This document shows positions 1 to 11,490 of a stretch of 64,000 nucleotides of DNA, piece after piece. Source of the stretch: Octopus sinensis (Eukaryota). Position 1 is the first letter of the stretch; the number at the start of each line of letters is the position of its first letter. The stretch covers positions 75,950,001 to 76,014,000 of the forward strand of contig NC_043001.1 in assembly GCF_006345805.1 (NCBI RefSeq). Direction: 5' to 3'. The notes under the pieces are model-generated. The model did not search any database. It had not been told where the DNA came from and saw nothing but the letters and a program-made list of their open reading frames with translations. Both the position numbers and the translations under genes were made by a program.

Positions 1-706
1 CTTTTCAGTTGGTGATATTGTTTTTATCTTTAATATTGTTGTCGTGGAGAAGGATGCAACATGACACAAGTCCAATCTGAGTTCTTGTTTTGATTTCCAT
101 TTATAGCCGGGAAGCAGCGTCCTTGACAAAACCCTGAATACATTTCCCTTTCTTAATCCCGCTGGACTCAATAAACAGAAACTACATTGACACTACCACT
201 GATTCTCCTGAGAATAAAAAACAAAAACTTTTTTTTTCGGTTTATTATAAAGGAACCAGTATCATTGACAATCTTGCTTTTGTTGGCTTCAGACCAACTT
301 TCATCGTGCAATTTTATTACCAAAGGTATTCAATCGGTGACAAACCAGTCTTTTAGCAATATCTTGGACAATATTACATAAGATCTTTGACTTTTTTTAT
401 GAGGTTTAATTAAGAAAAATTTGTATTTCTCGCACATCGAGTAACCTCGTTGTGGTTTCCTCATTACCTTGTTATGATTAACACAAGAAACACCTCTAGA
501 AGGTTTCCTTCCGAGATACTGCAGCGACCAAAGTGGATCTAAGTTTGTCGTTTAGAACATGATTGAAATCTCTTTTCTCTCTGAAATTTTTATTAGCTTA
601 ATGTGAACTAGAATCGTTCGTGAGTCTTAATTTCCACTGCTAACTGCTGATTTGTCACGAGCATTTAATAGGGAGATCTATGTTACAGATATCTTTTCAT
701 TATCTA

Positions 707-890
707 TTACTCGTTTCAGTCATTGGACTACGGCCATGCTGAGGCATCACTTTGGAGGGTTTAGTCGAACAAATTGATCCCAGTGCATAGTTTTCTCTAG
801 TCAGGTCCCTTTTGCCAAACTACTAAATTATAGGGACGTAATTAAACCAGTATTGGTTATCAAGCGATGGTAGGGTGCAAACACACACAA
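707..890 (-). mobile_element. SINE family A, 3' fragment (degenerate)
   Basis: Aligns by eye to the tail of the full-length copy at 27541-27969 (tttcagtcatt..ggccatgctg..tagtcga..ttttgcc..ggttatcaagcgatg). Confidence 0.8.
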
Positions 891-1045
891 TTGTGTGTGT
901 GTGTGTGGTGTGTGTGTGTGTGTGTGTAAAGGTAAGATCCGAGGATCAAGGTGTAGGAAGTTAGTAAGCTTCAAGCAGTCCGTATACATGGGGTTGCTGT
1001 GTTACTGTGTATGCGAATAAAAATCCAAATTTAGGGAATTGAATT

Positions 1046-1287
1046 GATCAAATCCAGGCTACACATATTTTATAGCTAGCAGAAATTCGGAAGTATTAAT
1101 TACCCAAACCTTTTCGATCAAGTTTCCTGCGTGGTAACATGGGATCCCCTAACGACTATGCAACCTTCATTTGACTAAGGTGTCTTTGGCCTGATGAGTA
1201 GCTAGCGGAGTACTCCTCGTTTGTGTAATTACTACTTCAGAGGTTCTGCTAGCTATGAAACATATGAAGCCTGCTGGATTGTATCTA
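1046..1287. mobile_element. MITE-like element with about 70-bp imperfect terminal inverted repeats
   Basis: Left arm gatcaaatccaggctacacatattttatagctagcagaa..gaagtattaattacccaaac matches the reverse complement of right arm gtttgtgtaattactacttc..ttctgctagctatgaaacatatgaagcctgctggattgtatc. No clear TSD. Confidence 0.65.
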
Positions 1288-1800
1288 GTCACTTCCCTAC
1301 ATTTACTCTTATATAAAATATTTTATGTCTTATGACTTTTATTAAGAATGCGAAATTATTTTAATTTTTACCATTATACGTATGCAGTAAGATTTTCCAA
1401 TCTTTAGGCCATATAGTACGCAGCTTAAATTCATTTACTGCTGTACTGTTCTGACTACGCTCGCGCACTAAGTTTCAATCCACTATGTATAAACATGAAG
1501 CTGTCTTACGCATGTGTTTGCCTCGTGTTTTCCATATATATTACTGCTACATAATTATGCATTCTTTAGCGATCATACTGACGAGCTACAGATACCAAGT
1601 TAATTTATTAAATCATTAATAAAATTGAGTACATGGTTGACTAATTTTTCATTCACTCTAGTGCCTATTAGCAACGTGCCTTAAGAATTGCTTTTTTAGT
1701 GGTTTGAGTTTAACTGCCTTTTTTAGCATGTAAGAAGTCCTCTCTCTCTCCGTGTATGAATCTTTATACACTCTTATATATATATATATATATCTGTGTG

Positions 1801-1842
<42 letters not shown>

Positions 1843-1843
<1 letters not shown>

Positions 1844-2010
1844 ACAGCGGAATTCCACGCAGTTTCTACTTTTACCAAATTCACGGAAAAGTATTGCCCA
1901 GCCTGTAGCTACAGTAGAAAATACTTGCTAAAGATGCAACGCAGTGGGACTGACACAAAACCATGTAATTGAAAAGCTGGCTTTATGGTCACAGAGCCAT
2001 GCCTGTGCCT
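1843..2010 (-). mobile_element. SINE family A, 5' head (degenerate)
   Basis: cgcagtgggactga..accatg..cacagagccatgcct is the reverse complement of the tRNA-like head seen at 27850-27969. Confidence 0.7.
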
Positions 2011-2218
2011 ATACATGGAAATGAGCTTTTAAACAAGAATATTAATATTAAGGAGTATCAAGACCTATGAAGATATTGAAATGAATTTTAAAAAAGAACA
2101 GAAACTAGAATACGTAGCAGGAATTACGTTGCTGTTGTTTTTTTTTAGGTCTTATGAACACGAATGACACTCCAATTGTAACTAATCTGACACAACCTGA
2201 CTTTCTTTTTTCCAGATA

Positions 2219-2253
<35 letters not shown>

Positions 2254-2391
2254 GATCAATAAATGGTGGGGTTGTGTTGACCGCACGTGGAGAAATGATA
2301 AGCAAGGAAAAATTGTAAAAATGCAGAATGCTACATTGAAAGAAAATTTTAATGAAATGAGAGATTGATAAAATATATAAATATATATATT

Positions 2392-2433
2392 TATTCAAAC
2401 CGGTTTTCGTCATACAGTGACTTATCACGAATA
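2392..2433 (-). ncRNA. Degenerate minimal type I hammerhead ribozyme
   Basis: Minus strand reads tattc-GTGATAA-GTCA ctgta TGAC-GAAA-ACCGGT-T-tgaata: stem II GTCA/TGAC, palindromic stem III and stem I tattc/gaata are present, but the core is mutated from CTGATGA. Confidence 0.55.
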
Positions 2434-2481
2434 GTTAGGTAAAAAAGTTTTTTAAAAGTTTTTATATATATATATATACAC

Positions 2482-2566
<85 letters not shown>

Positions 2567-2595
2567 CGAGAAAGAAGCAACAAGAATGGATAGGT

Positions 2596-2686
2596 TTTTA
2601 GTACAGTCGTTTCATACAAGGACAGGCTTTATTAAAAGTTGCAAAAATTGCAGCATATAAACGTGTCCCGTACTCATCAGCTAAAA
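2596..2686 (-). ncRNA. Type I hammerhead ribozyme, minus-strand copy, long stem II
   Basis: Minus strand: TTTTAG-CTGATGA-GTACGGGAC..GTCCTTGTAT-GAAAC-GACT-GTA-CTAAAA. Predicted cleavage between 2602 and 2601. Confidence 0.75.
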
Positions 2687-2998
2687 TACATGTGAGTTCT
2701 CTAGACATCCTAGTGGTTGAGGCTATACTCATGAAGTAATGTAGATTAGCAATGGATAAATTTGTCGTCTGTGAGTATGTAATCCCTCCTCATATCTCCG
2801 GAAATTCATATGTACACTATGGATTAAGTCACCTTCTCTGTGATGCTATTAAAACTTTTTTAAAACTCTGTGATAAGACTGTACATCATCTTTAAAGAAC
2901 TTTAATGAACTTTGGAAATCTGTTTATGTTACTTAATTATCTACATTACTTCATGAGTATAGCCTCAACCACTAGGATGTCTAGAGAACTCACATGTA

Positions 2999-3089
2999 TT
3001 TTAGCTGATGAGTACGGGACACGTTTATATGCTGCAATTTTTGCAACTTTTAATAAAGCCTGTCCTTGTATGAAACGATTGTACTAAAA
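2999..3089 (+). ncRNA. Type I hammerhead ribozyme, plus-strand copy, long stem II
   Basis: Stem I TTTTAG(2999-3004)/CTAAAA(3084-3089); core CTGATGA 3005-3011; stem II 3012-3071; GAAAC 3072-3076; stem III AC-GATT-GT; GUA cleavage triplet 3081-3083. Confidence 0.8.
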
Positions 3090-3332
3090 ACCTATCCATT
3101 CTTGTTGCTTCTTTCTCGCTTATAATCACCCCCCATTATTGTATTGTTAAAACCGTATAGTTTTTTTTGGTGCATCTAAGTTAGGTACCATATTCAAGTA
3201 AATTCATTTAAATTAACTTGAATCTTTATTGCTTTTTATATATACATATATATATACGAACATATATATATATATATGTGTCTATGTATGTATGTGTGTG
3301 TGTATATATATATATACACGGCAATATTGTGA

Positions 3333-3654
3333 AGGCGTGTGATTTGATAGTTAGTGTATACGGTTCATGATCTTAAGATCGTGAGTTCAATACCCGCCGG
3401 CCTGTTGTGTTCTTGAGCAAGGCACACTTATTTCACGTTGCTCCAGTCCACTGAGTTTGCAAAAATGTGTTTTACCTGTAGTTCAATGGGCCAACAATAT
3501 CACATTCGGTGTATCACGCTGCATCTCCCTGAGAATCACGGTAAGGGTACGCCTGTCTATGGAGTGTCCAACCATTTGCAACTACGTTTCAGTAACAAAC
3601 TGTTCCATTCGTCAAATAAACTGGCATGCACCTCGTCGTAATCAACAGAGTTCC
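3333..3654 (+). mobile_element. tRNA-derived CORE-like SINE (head D plus OR-type tail)
   Basis: B-box gagttcaataccc; CORE-like gttgtgttcttgagcaaggcac..cacgttgctccagtccact; tail tcacgctgcatctccctgagaa..cctcgtcgtaatcaacagagttcc shared with 38474-38842 and 47313-47591. Confidence 0.8.
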
Positions 3655-3744
3655 CTATCTTACAATAATATATTATACAATGTGGTTTCAGGGTTATTTG
3701 GCTGACATTTCTAGCAGACCGAATGATCGCTTGTAGGGTATACG

Positions 3745-3895
3745 GCAAGCATGGGAAAACTTTATCAAGAAGCAGGTTGCATTAAAAATAGGTCGGAATA
3801 TGGTAGGCCGCACAATCAAAAAAAAATTTAAGGACATTTTCATCCGACATGCCATTCAAAAAAATCATGCGGGCCGCAATGTGCCCGCGACTGGT
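3745..3895. mobile_element. Possible hAT-type MITE remnant
   Basis: gcgggccgcaatgtgcccgcg and aggccgcac motifs resemble hAT subterminal repeats; termini not resolved. Confidence 0.35.
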
Positions 3896-4195
3896 GCAAG
3901 GTATCTCTCTTTGAAATAACTAGAGTTTCTATGACAAAGTTACGGTCGCAGGTATAACAGCTCACGTTATAGATATGTTAGAGTTTTATGACTGCAAAAG
4001 AAAACTCCTAACAGTTGGCTCATCACTCAAGAAAGAGGGAATTGTTTTGTCTTGTTTTAATTTTTTTTCCTCGTTTGGAGCAAAACATTTGAAGACTTTA
4101 ACAGATGAAACCACTAAAAAGCAAAAAGCTGTTCAACAAAATAGAAAAAAGCGCTGTACACTCAGAAGCTTACATTATGATATACATACATTCAT

Positions 4196-4196
<1 letters not shown>

Positions 4197-4279
<83 letters not shown>

Positions 4280-4431
4280 GATGAATCCATACAAACACAC
4301 ACACATACCTACATGTGTATGTGAATGTGCATGTATGCATATATATTATACATGGATATATATATATATATATGTATGTATGTATGTATGTATATATATA
4401 TATATATTATATATATATATATGTATGTATG

Positions 4432-4462
<31 letters not shown>

Positions 4463-4540
4463 ATATACATATATTTATATTTATATATGTATCTTTGTGT
4501 ATATATATATATATACACGCACACACACACGCACACACAT

Positions 4541-4611
<71 letters not shown>

Positions 4612-4930
4612 CATACACCCAAATTGTTACATAGTAGACATTCATAACTTCCGTGCGTGGATATACAATATATATGCACATAGATATGTATGTATAAAGA
4701 AACATAAAAGTATCCATACATGTGTGTGTATGCGTGTGTGCTTGTGTGTGTACCCACATTCATACATACATTCATTATAATGCATATACACAATACATAC
4801 AAAGATAATGTATTAAACTATATATGCGTGCGTTTTTGAGTGCGTGCGCGTGCTTAGGTATGTATATGTGCACTCACTTTTCTATGTGTGTGTGCGTGTG
4901 TGTGTGTGTGTTTATGTGTGTATGGCTGCA
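4197..4930. repeat. (GATA)n followed by compound (TA)n/(TG)n/(CA)n/(TATG)n microsatellite block
   Basis: Directly visible; source of the spurious I/Y/H/T/C/V-rich ORFs at 4281-4802. Confidence 0.95.
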
Positions 4931-5333
4931 TATACACTTAAATTATTCATGCACACATTCGTAAACATACCTAACTTTGGTGTAAATGAAAAAGAGGATG
5001 AAATACAAATAAAGAGCTGCAACGTATAAAAGAACAATCGTGAAAGTGAATTATTTTTAAAAAATTGTAAAATACTATTTTTTGGCTCTACTATCGCTCA
5101 TTCTTTGTTTTGTATTGTCTTTTTTTTTCGCTTTTGCTTCCTTTTCTCTTAAGCAATTTCTTTAAACTGTCAGATTCGCGCCATTAACTTTTCAAACAAT
5201 CTTGTTTGATGAAAAAATATTGCGATTCTAATTTAAGAAATTTGTTATGTCGCCAAGAAAAATTTATTTTTCTGTGGGATTTTTTTCCAACATTCACATT
5301 CATTTTGTCTTACTACTACTACTACTACTACTA

Positions 5334-5370
<37 letters not shown>

Positions 5371-5390
5371 ACTACTACTACTACTACTTC

Positions 5391-5841
5391 TAAGGCGGCG
5401 AGCTGGCAGAATCGTTAGCACGCGGGGCAAAATCCTTGGCGACATTTGTTCCTGTCTTCATGTTCTGAGTTCCGCCGAGCATGACTTTGCCTTTCATCGT
5501 TTCGTAGTCCAAAAATTAAGTAGCAGTGAAACACTGGGATCGATGTAATCGACTAGTCCCCTCCCCACAAATTTCAGGCCTTGTGCCTATAGTAGTAGCG
5601 ATTTTTATACTACTACTAAGGCGACGAGCTAGCAGAATCACTAGTACGCGGAGCAAAATGCTCAGCGACATTTTTCCGTTTTTACCTTCTGAGTTGAAGT
5701 TCCGCCAAAGTTGACTTTGCTTTTCATCCTTTACAGGTCGATAAATTAAATACCAGTGAAACATTAGGATCGATGTAATAGACTAGTCTCCTCCCGCAAA
5801 ATCTCAGGCCTTGTACCTTTAATAGAAAGGGTTATTATTAT
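5391..5841 (+). mobile_element. SINE family B head-to-tail dimer (5391-5616, 5617-5841)
   Basis: Two copies of taaggcggcgagctggcagaatc..ttctgagtt..gactttgcctttcatc..ggatcgatgtaatcgact..caggccttgtgcct, preceded by a (CTA)n/(CTG)n tract. Confidence 0.85.
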
Positions 5842-5849
5842 TTGACTTC

Positions 5850-6295
5850 TTCAGGCTCTCAGTCTTACTTGCTCTGGTTGATTCTGTGAGAGCGAACACG
5901 TCTCTCTTATAAGCTTTGGTACCTGGAAGTTTGCTTTGGTATCATGGAAGATAATCAACAGCCAAGCACCAGTCTCAAATCTTAGCTGTCCCCAGTAGAG
6001 CAGTTTTGGAGGCCTGCCCTGCCCTCATGTCAATTCCAGTTTTTCTCGAACCTGGTTGTTAGTGTTCCATGTGTCCCTGCAACTACTGGGATAACAGTTA
6101 ATCTCCTCATTGCCCACATACTTGCAATTTCGTCTTTTTCTCCATCTTTCTTGGAGCAGTTCCTTGTTAATTGTCATCACTTTTCTGGTTTTTCTATCCA
6201 TTTTCTCAAACTCGTTCATTGTCCATATAACGACACCTGCACCGTATCGCATTAGGAAACATCCCGTGTGTTCATTGCCTTGATCTTGCTTTTTC
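5850..6295 (-). mobile_element. R4/Dong-like non-LTR retrotransposon fragment with a large internal deletion
   Basis: Minus frames give NGKSKIKAMNT..MRYGAGVVIWTMNEFEKMDRKTRKVMT (post-RT region) joined to EIASMWAMRRLTVIPVVAGTHGTL..KTALLG (REL-endonuclease C-terminus); frameshifts present. Confidence 0.75.
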
Positions 6296-6329
6296 CATTT
6301 TTATTAATATTATTATTATCATTATTATT

Positions 6330-6845
6330 AGTGAGCCGGTGTGATCTCCGTTTGGAAGACATGCTCTTCCGCAGCTCTTCTCAATGACTGAACTGCCACT
6401 TTGTATCAAGAAAAATCCAAGATTAGGCGCCTGGAGTCTGGAATGTCATCAAGCGCTCACTGCTTTTTATAAGTTGGGCAAAACGATCGTAGAAGTTCTT
6501 CGGTAGCTAAATATAGAAATGTAGCGGTGGGTAAGAGCGAGAACGTTCTTGAGGAAACTCTAGGCGAGAATAAACTAACTGGCCTATTTCAGAGAACGTT
6601 TGAGCCCAGTACTGTCATGGATAATTTCTTAAAATCCCTGGCCTGGCAGTGCTACCGCCATTTCGAGATAAACATTACAGGCACGGAAGTGCTGTCAGGC
6701 GGGACTGTCCGGGATGCGCGCAGAGCGACGAAACCGTTCTGCATGCACTCGTGCAGTGTCCGTATATTGCTGACTTGTGGAGTTATGTTGAACATCGGGT
6801 ATCACAAGTGGTTTGAATCCGATTATCGGCCGAATTCATCTGAGG
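6330..6845 (+). mobile_element. Tx1/L1-clade LINE ORF2 C-terminal fragment
   Basis: MDNFLKSLAWQCYR, frameshift, then FRDKHYRHGSAVRRDCPGCAQSDETVLHALVQCP: a CxxC-x8-H-x4-C zinc knuckle at 6706-6759. Confidence 0.8.
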
Positions 6846-6871
6846 ACCGCTCCTTCACACACTCATACACA

Positions 6872-6875
6872 AGAA

Positions 6876-6928
<53 letters not shown>

Positions 6929-6953
6929 TACATACATACAGACAGACAGACAT

Positions 6954-7051
<98 letters not shown>
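6872..7051. repeat. (GACA)n grading into (GATA)n
   Basis: Directly visible. Confidence 0.95.
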
Positions 7052-7052
<1 letters not shown>

Positions 7053-7340
7053 TGTGTGTTATGACTAATTTTATATAGGAGTCTCCTCTTTACTATATCA
7101 TGCTGATATCCTTACACCTAACCCGCTACTTCACGCATCGAATTTAGAATTTCCATTGTGTCTCAACACACTTTTCCTTTCTTTTCTCTTCTGTTTTATT
7201 TTTCCGCCATACTTCATTCTCTTTCTTCTCATTTCCAATTCTTTTTTCTTCTCTTAATGCTTTTACTTCTCCCATACAAATGATATAACCCGAAACGTTA
7301 CAATGTCTTAAATTAGTTTTTGATTGCCATAGTTTTCTCC

Positions 7341-7382
<42 letters not shown>

Positions 7383-7599
7383 CCCTCCCTCTCTTTCTCT
7401 CTTTCTCGCGCTCCCTCTCTCTCTCGTTTTCTCTCTCCCTCTCTTTCTCATTATAAACACATAATTATTAATTTTTCGTTTTAATTTCTTGGATCTTATC
7501 CTGTAAGAGTTTCAGTTGTTTAAATTTACATACTGCATATTGTTTTTATACTCTTTACTTCATCGTGTACCACATTTTACTAGTGTATATTTTTATCTA

Positions 7600-7900
7600 C
7601 GCAGAACAAGTCTCCCATACTTTCAAGATAGAACGTAACAACTTCCATTGTATCGTAACAATTGCATCTCTCCCCTGTTTTCTCTTTTAATATTTCCATT
7701 ATACTCCACTCAACAATACCTAGTTGAAACACTTATCTCCGCCTCTATCTTTGTATTAAACACACCTTCAACCCGAATTACCATCAACTAGCCAACTTGT
7801 TTTCCACCATATCTGCAATGAAACAATCTTTGATATATTGGTGTCGTTCTCAATTCATTTTCTCCCATTTTTCTCAAATCTTTTACTTCTATTTGACAAC
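7600..7900 (-). mobile_element. Possible Penelope-like endonuclease C-terminal remnant
   Basis: Minus frame GIVEWSIMEILKEKTGERCNC loosely resembles the IxWSIL..CxLC motif of PLE GIY-YIG C-termini; heavily decayed. Confidence 0.3.
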
Positions 7901-8109
7901 GAAGATAAGTTCGAAATGTTAGATCCACTTCCATTTTGCATTTGACGTATTTATATTCTTTGTACACTTCTCTTGATCAATTTCTATTCCGTCTATTTTC
8001 TACGCACTTTACAACACGTAATTTGCCTTTCAAACATATGTGGTTTGCATTTTCTTTGCTCCATTTTAATTGTGTGCTTTTATCTGCCATTATCTATATA
8101 TACATATAT

Positions 8110-8159
<50 letters not shown>

Positions 8160-8459
8160 GTGTGTGTGTGTGTGTGTTGTGTGTGTGTGTGTGTGTGTGT
8201 GTATGTACGTATGTATGCATGTATGTATGTATATATATGTATGTATGTATGTACGTACGTATGTATGCATGTATGTGTGTGTATGTATGTATGTATGTAT
8301 GTATGCATGTGCATGTGCAAATATAGGTGAATATATGTTTGCGTGTGTGTGTCCGTATGTGTGTGTGTGTGTGCGTGTGTGTGTGGTAAACTACACGCTT
8401 CAAATAAAAAAATTAGCGAAGATATGCCAGAACACTTCCAACATATTTCTTGAGAAATA

Positions 8460-8720
8460 ACACCACAAAACACCTTTTCTCTCTTTTCTATATTTTAACG
8501 GTTGACTCTATCTCCTTTGCCACTGATTATAGCTTATAAATTATTTGTGTGCATAACGTCCTAACCTTACTGACGAAGGACATTAGTCCGAAATGTCAGT
8601 GTATTTTCACTTACCACAGAAACTAATCTTATTGATACCTACAAACTTTCTTAGAATTTATAAATTATTACCGACTTTGGCGGCTTATCCATTTCCTAAC
8701 ACTCCAGTTCCTCTCTCCAA
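8460..8720 (+). mobile_element. Penelope-like pseudo-LTR remnant with a minimal hammerhead-like motif at 8570-8599
   Basis: CTGACGA-A-GGAC atta GTCC-GAAA-T-GTC-AG. Stem II is perfect, the C of GAAAC is T, and stem I does not pair. Confidence 0.55.
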
Positions 8721-8970
8721 ACTTTCTTCGATTGAAACTATAAAAATCTGGTATTAATGAAAGTTACACAGACGTCTGGAGAATGGCCGCCATTGCAAGA
8801 AAAGTAAAAATAATAATTTGCTGATAAGTGTTTGGTACTGAAGGTTCTTATGTTAAAATATTTACGAGACGAAGCTGATATTTCATAGAGAACCAAAATG
8901 ATAATCTTGTTTATGTTGTCAAAATGTTATCAGACGCAAACATTAAATATTTCATTCTCATCTAATGGAA

Positions 8971-9072
<102 letters not shown>

Positions 9073-10145
9073 TGTACATATATACATGCACGTACATATA
9101 CATACACATACATTCATATATATACATATAAATATATATATACATATGTATATATACGTATATATATATATGTGTGTGTGTGTGTGTATACATGTATACA
9201 TATATAAATATACATTTATACATATTTTCACATATATAGATACACACAGAAACATTCATACATACATAAATACATACCTATGTATATACATACACGCATG
9301 CATGCATGTATACATATTATTCCAATATCGCTTGCTTCTCTATACGATATTGAATCGTTGTTTTATTTTTATATTTAGTTGTTTGGTGCGATAATTCTCC
9401 GGAAGCAAATCTCTGGATTTCGATTTTTATTCACGGATATAAATTAATATTCTCAGAGTAATGCATAAACTTAACATTCTATTATCCAAAACTAAATATT
9501 GGCGGTTTCGTCTCTATGCTAGATTTTTACAAATATTTTCTGATTGTCTTTAGTTCTTAAATATAACGCCGTGTAACATTTTTTAAAAAAATTGGTATTA
9601 GGTCAATAGATGTTAATTCCTATTAGCTTTTAACTAGAAAGCAAAGGTAATTTCTACTATTCCCTTCCAATTTTGCTTTTGTCATCTGGAAATCAATCTT
9701 TTCAAACTGACCTATTTTCCATTACATTTCAGAGACTCAGCACTGAGTTACTAAAGCAGAAATATCGTTGTAGCAAATATTCTGCTCAATACCAAATATT
9801 TGCTTGTCATTTGCTTGACCTTAATTACTTGAGCATATATCCCTTAGTCGCTGACAATATGTGCATCTCTGATCATGAAAAGGAGTAATGGGGGAACATA
9901 GTCATATGCTTGAAAGGATTCATTTGGCTTTGAATAAATGTAACAAAAGCAAAGTATAAAGGAATTATTAACCATTTTTCATTATTTCTAGGGATAAGCA
10001 AATAGCACTTGCTACCCATGGATAAAAACCGTGTTGCACAGTGTCGTCCATGTAATTTAGAATATATGGAGCACTTTTCTAGCTACAGGTGACTACTGAA
10101 TTACCCTTTCTTCGAGAAGTATTCATAATAGTGAGGGAAAACATG

Positions 10146-10592
10146 CTAACTGACGAGTGGACACAAGGGGAAATCTTCAGATGATGAACTCCCATCAAGC
10201 AAATATTTCGGCCCATTCTTGTGCCCTGAGGTGTCTTCTTGCTGTTTCCCAAATGCTCCTTTACGCGGGAATTGAACCTGGGGCCTACGAATGATCTTAT
10301 TTCCATGAACTGTGATGCATACAGCTCCACTGTGAAGACCACCGAAGGAACTTGCACTGTGGATGTACTTAAAGTTGGGTTTTCCTACTGCTATTTAAAA
10401 GTTTGCAGTATTATATTTCAGCTCTCTCTATCGTTTCTCTTTGCTCGTAACCACACTGATCTCTTCCCAGCTGTCTCTGACAGATGGTTCATCGTCGCTG
10501 TTCTTTTGTGAAGTGTGATTCAGAGCTGACTTTGTAGTTGGTACATGAAGGCTGCGACAAAATCTCGTGGCTTGTACCAGCCTGGACAATAT
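10146..10592 (-). pseudogene. Candidate decayed coding segment, product unknown
   Basis: One 149-codon frame after ttgtag| with two internal stops (TAG 10430-10428, TAA 10397-10395): ILSRLVQATRFCRSLH..VRDSWEEI..GKPNFKYIHSASSFGGLHSGAVC..PLVS*. No homolog recognised. Confidence 0.3.
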
Positions 10593-10760
10593 CTACAAAT
10601 CTATTTCCATAGTTAAAACGTAGTAGGACAGCAGACCAAGACCGAAAGAGGTTTTGGTTGCTGGCAACGGAGTAAAGCCTAATAAAGACACTGAAAAAAT
10701 AAAGCTAGGAAACCGGGCGATATGATAATACTAAACCCAATATAGACCTCCAAGCATAAA

Positions 10761-11131
10761 TACGAGAGTAAGCTGAAAAGTTCCCGGCTTTAGGGGTATC
10801 ACGAAAGAGTAGAGCTGTTACTTTTATAGGAGAGGTAGGACAAGTATTTAGGAGAAGATATGCAAAAAATCATGATTGTGTACAATATAGCTTTCTCCTT
10901 TTTGCAGATTTAACACATAACGGCAACTCCTGCAGTGGATTTGGTACAATTGAAGCATAGGTGGTCATGAAGTTCCTCTTTTTGAAATGCAAAGGTGTGG
11001 CAGAAATCCAGAGCGATGTGAAAGAAGTCTTGAAGGATGGCTGTCCATCATACTCCACAGTGAAAACCTGAGTACCAAGATTTCAAACTAGTCATTTCAA
11101 GGTCAAAGATGAATCTTAGTCCGGACGGCCA
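10761..11131 (+). mobile_element. Mariner transposon 5' end with decayed transposase N-terminus
   Basis: TIR-like tacgagagtaagctgaaaagttcc at 10761. 10949-11131 translates IEA*VVMKFLFLKCKGVAEIQ..CPSYSTVKT*VPRFQTSHFKVKDES*SGRP (mariner HTH region). Confidence 0.85.
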
Positions 11132-11490
11132 TTTATTAGGAATCCCAGACATCAATGTTTCAAGCTTCTTGGCTCTAGTCCATGAGATGTACCTGAGCGA
11201 AGCAATATACTCAAATCTCATTGTTTGACCTTGGGTTATCGTAGAAGGCAATTACCTAAGGTACCGCGCAGCGGGACTGAACCGTAAACGACGTGGCTAC
11301 AAAGCCATGTCTGTCCTTATGTTTATCTATTCTTATTGACACACGACAACTGCAATCCTTCTTTTCCAAAACGGAAACACTATTTATTCAATTGATGACT
11401 TCCATTGATTTAAAATATCTAGGCCAATGCGAAGTTTCCTTTCCAGTGGAATGTAATTAATCAAATAATACACATTTATATATATATTCT

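Larger units (their letters stand above)
2561..3124. mobile_element. Fold-back element (Penelope-like pseudo-LTR in inverted orientation): 186-bp arms, 192-bp spacer
   Basis: 2561-2746 is the reverse complement of 2939-3124 with one mismatch (2606/3079). Each arm contains a hammerhead motif. Both ends are tata and the left flank is (TA)n. Confidence 0.85.

Noticed and set aside
1-170. Open minus frame of about 55 codons running off the window edge
   Set aside because: No recognisable motif, no convincing splice sites, and truncated by the edge.
890-930. Recurrent single-base phase breaks in dinucleotide tracts (gtgtggtgtg, atattata, ataatata) across the window
   Set aside because: Most simply explained by long-read indel errors or slippage, not a code; checkable against accurate reads.
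1193-1230. CTGATGA inside the MITE-like element
   Set aside because: No downstream GAAA or stems.
4281-4802. Many 60-200 aa ORFs rich in I/Y/H/T/C/V here and at 8-9 kb, 15.8 kb, 26.5 kb, 30.4-31 kb, 41 kb, 48-50 kb, 52 kb and 63.7 kb
   Set aside because: They are translations of (TA)n, (CA)n, (TG)n and (TATG)n tracts, which lack stops in several frames.
10043-10054. YMDD on the minus strand (RT catalytic motif)
   Set aside because: Isolated tetrapeptide with no flanking RT motifs; probably chance.
10891-10907. Strong splice-acceptor-like ctttctcctttttgcag just upstream of the mariner transposase remnant
   Set aside because: The downstream frame has three stops within 60 codons, so SETMAR-like exonisation is unsupported without RNA data.
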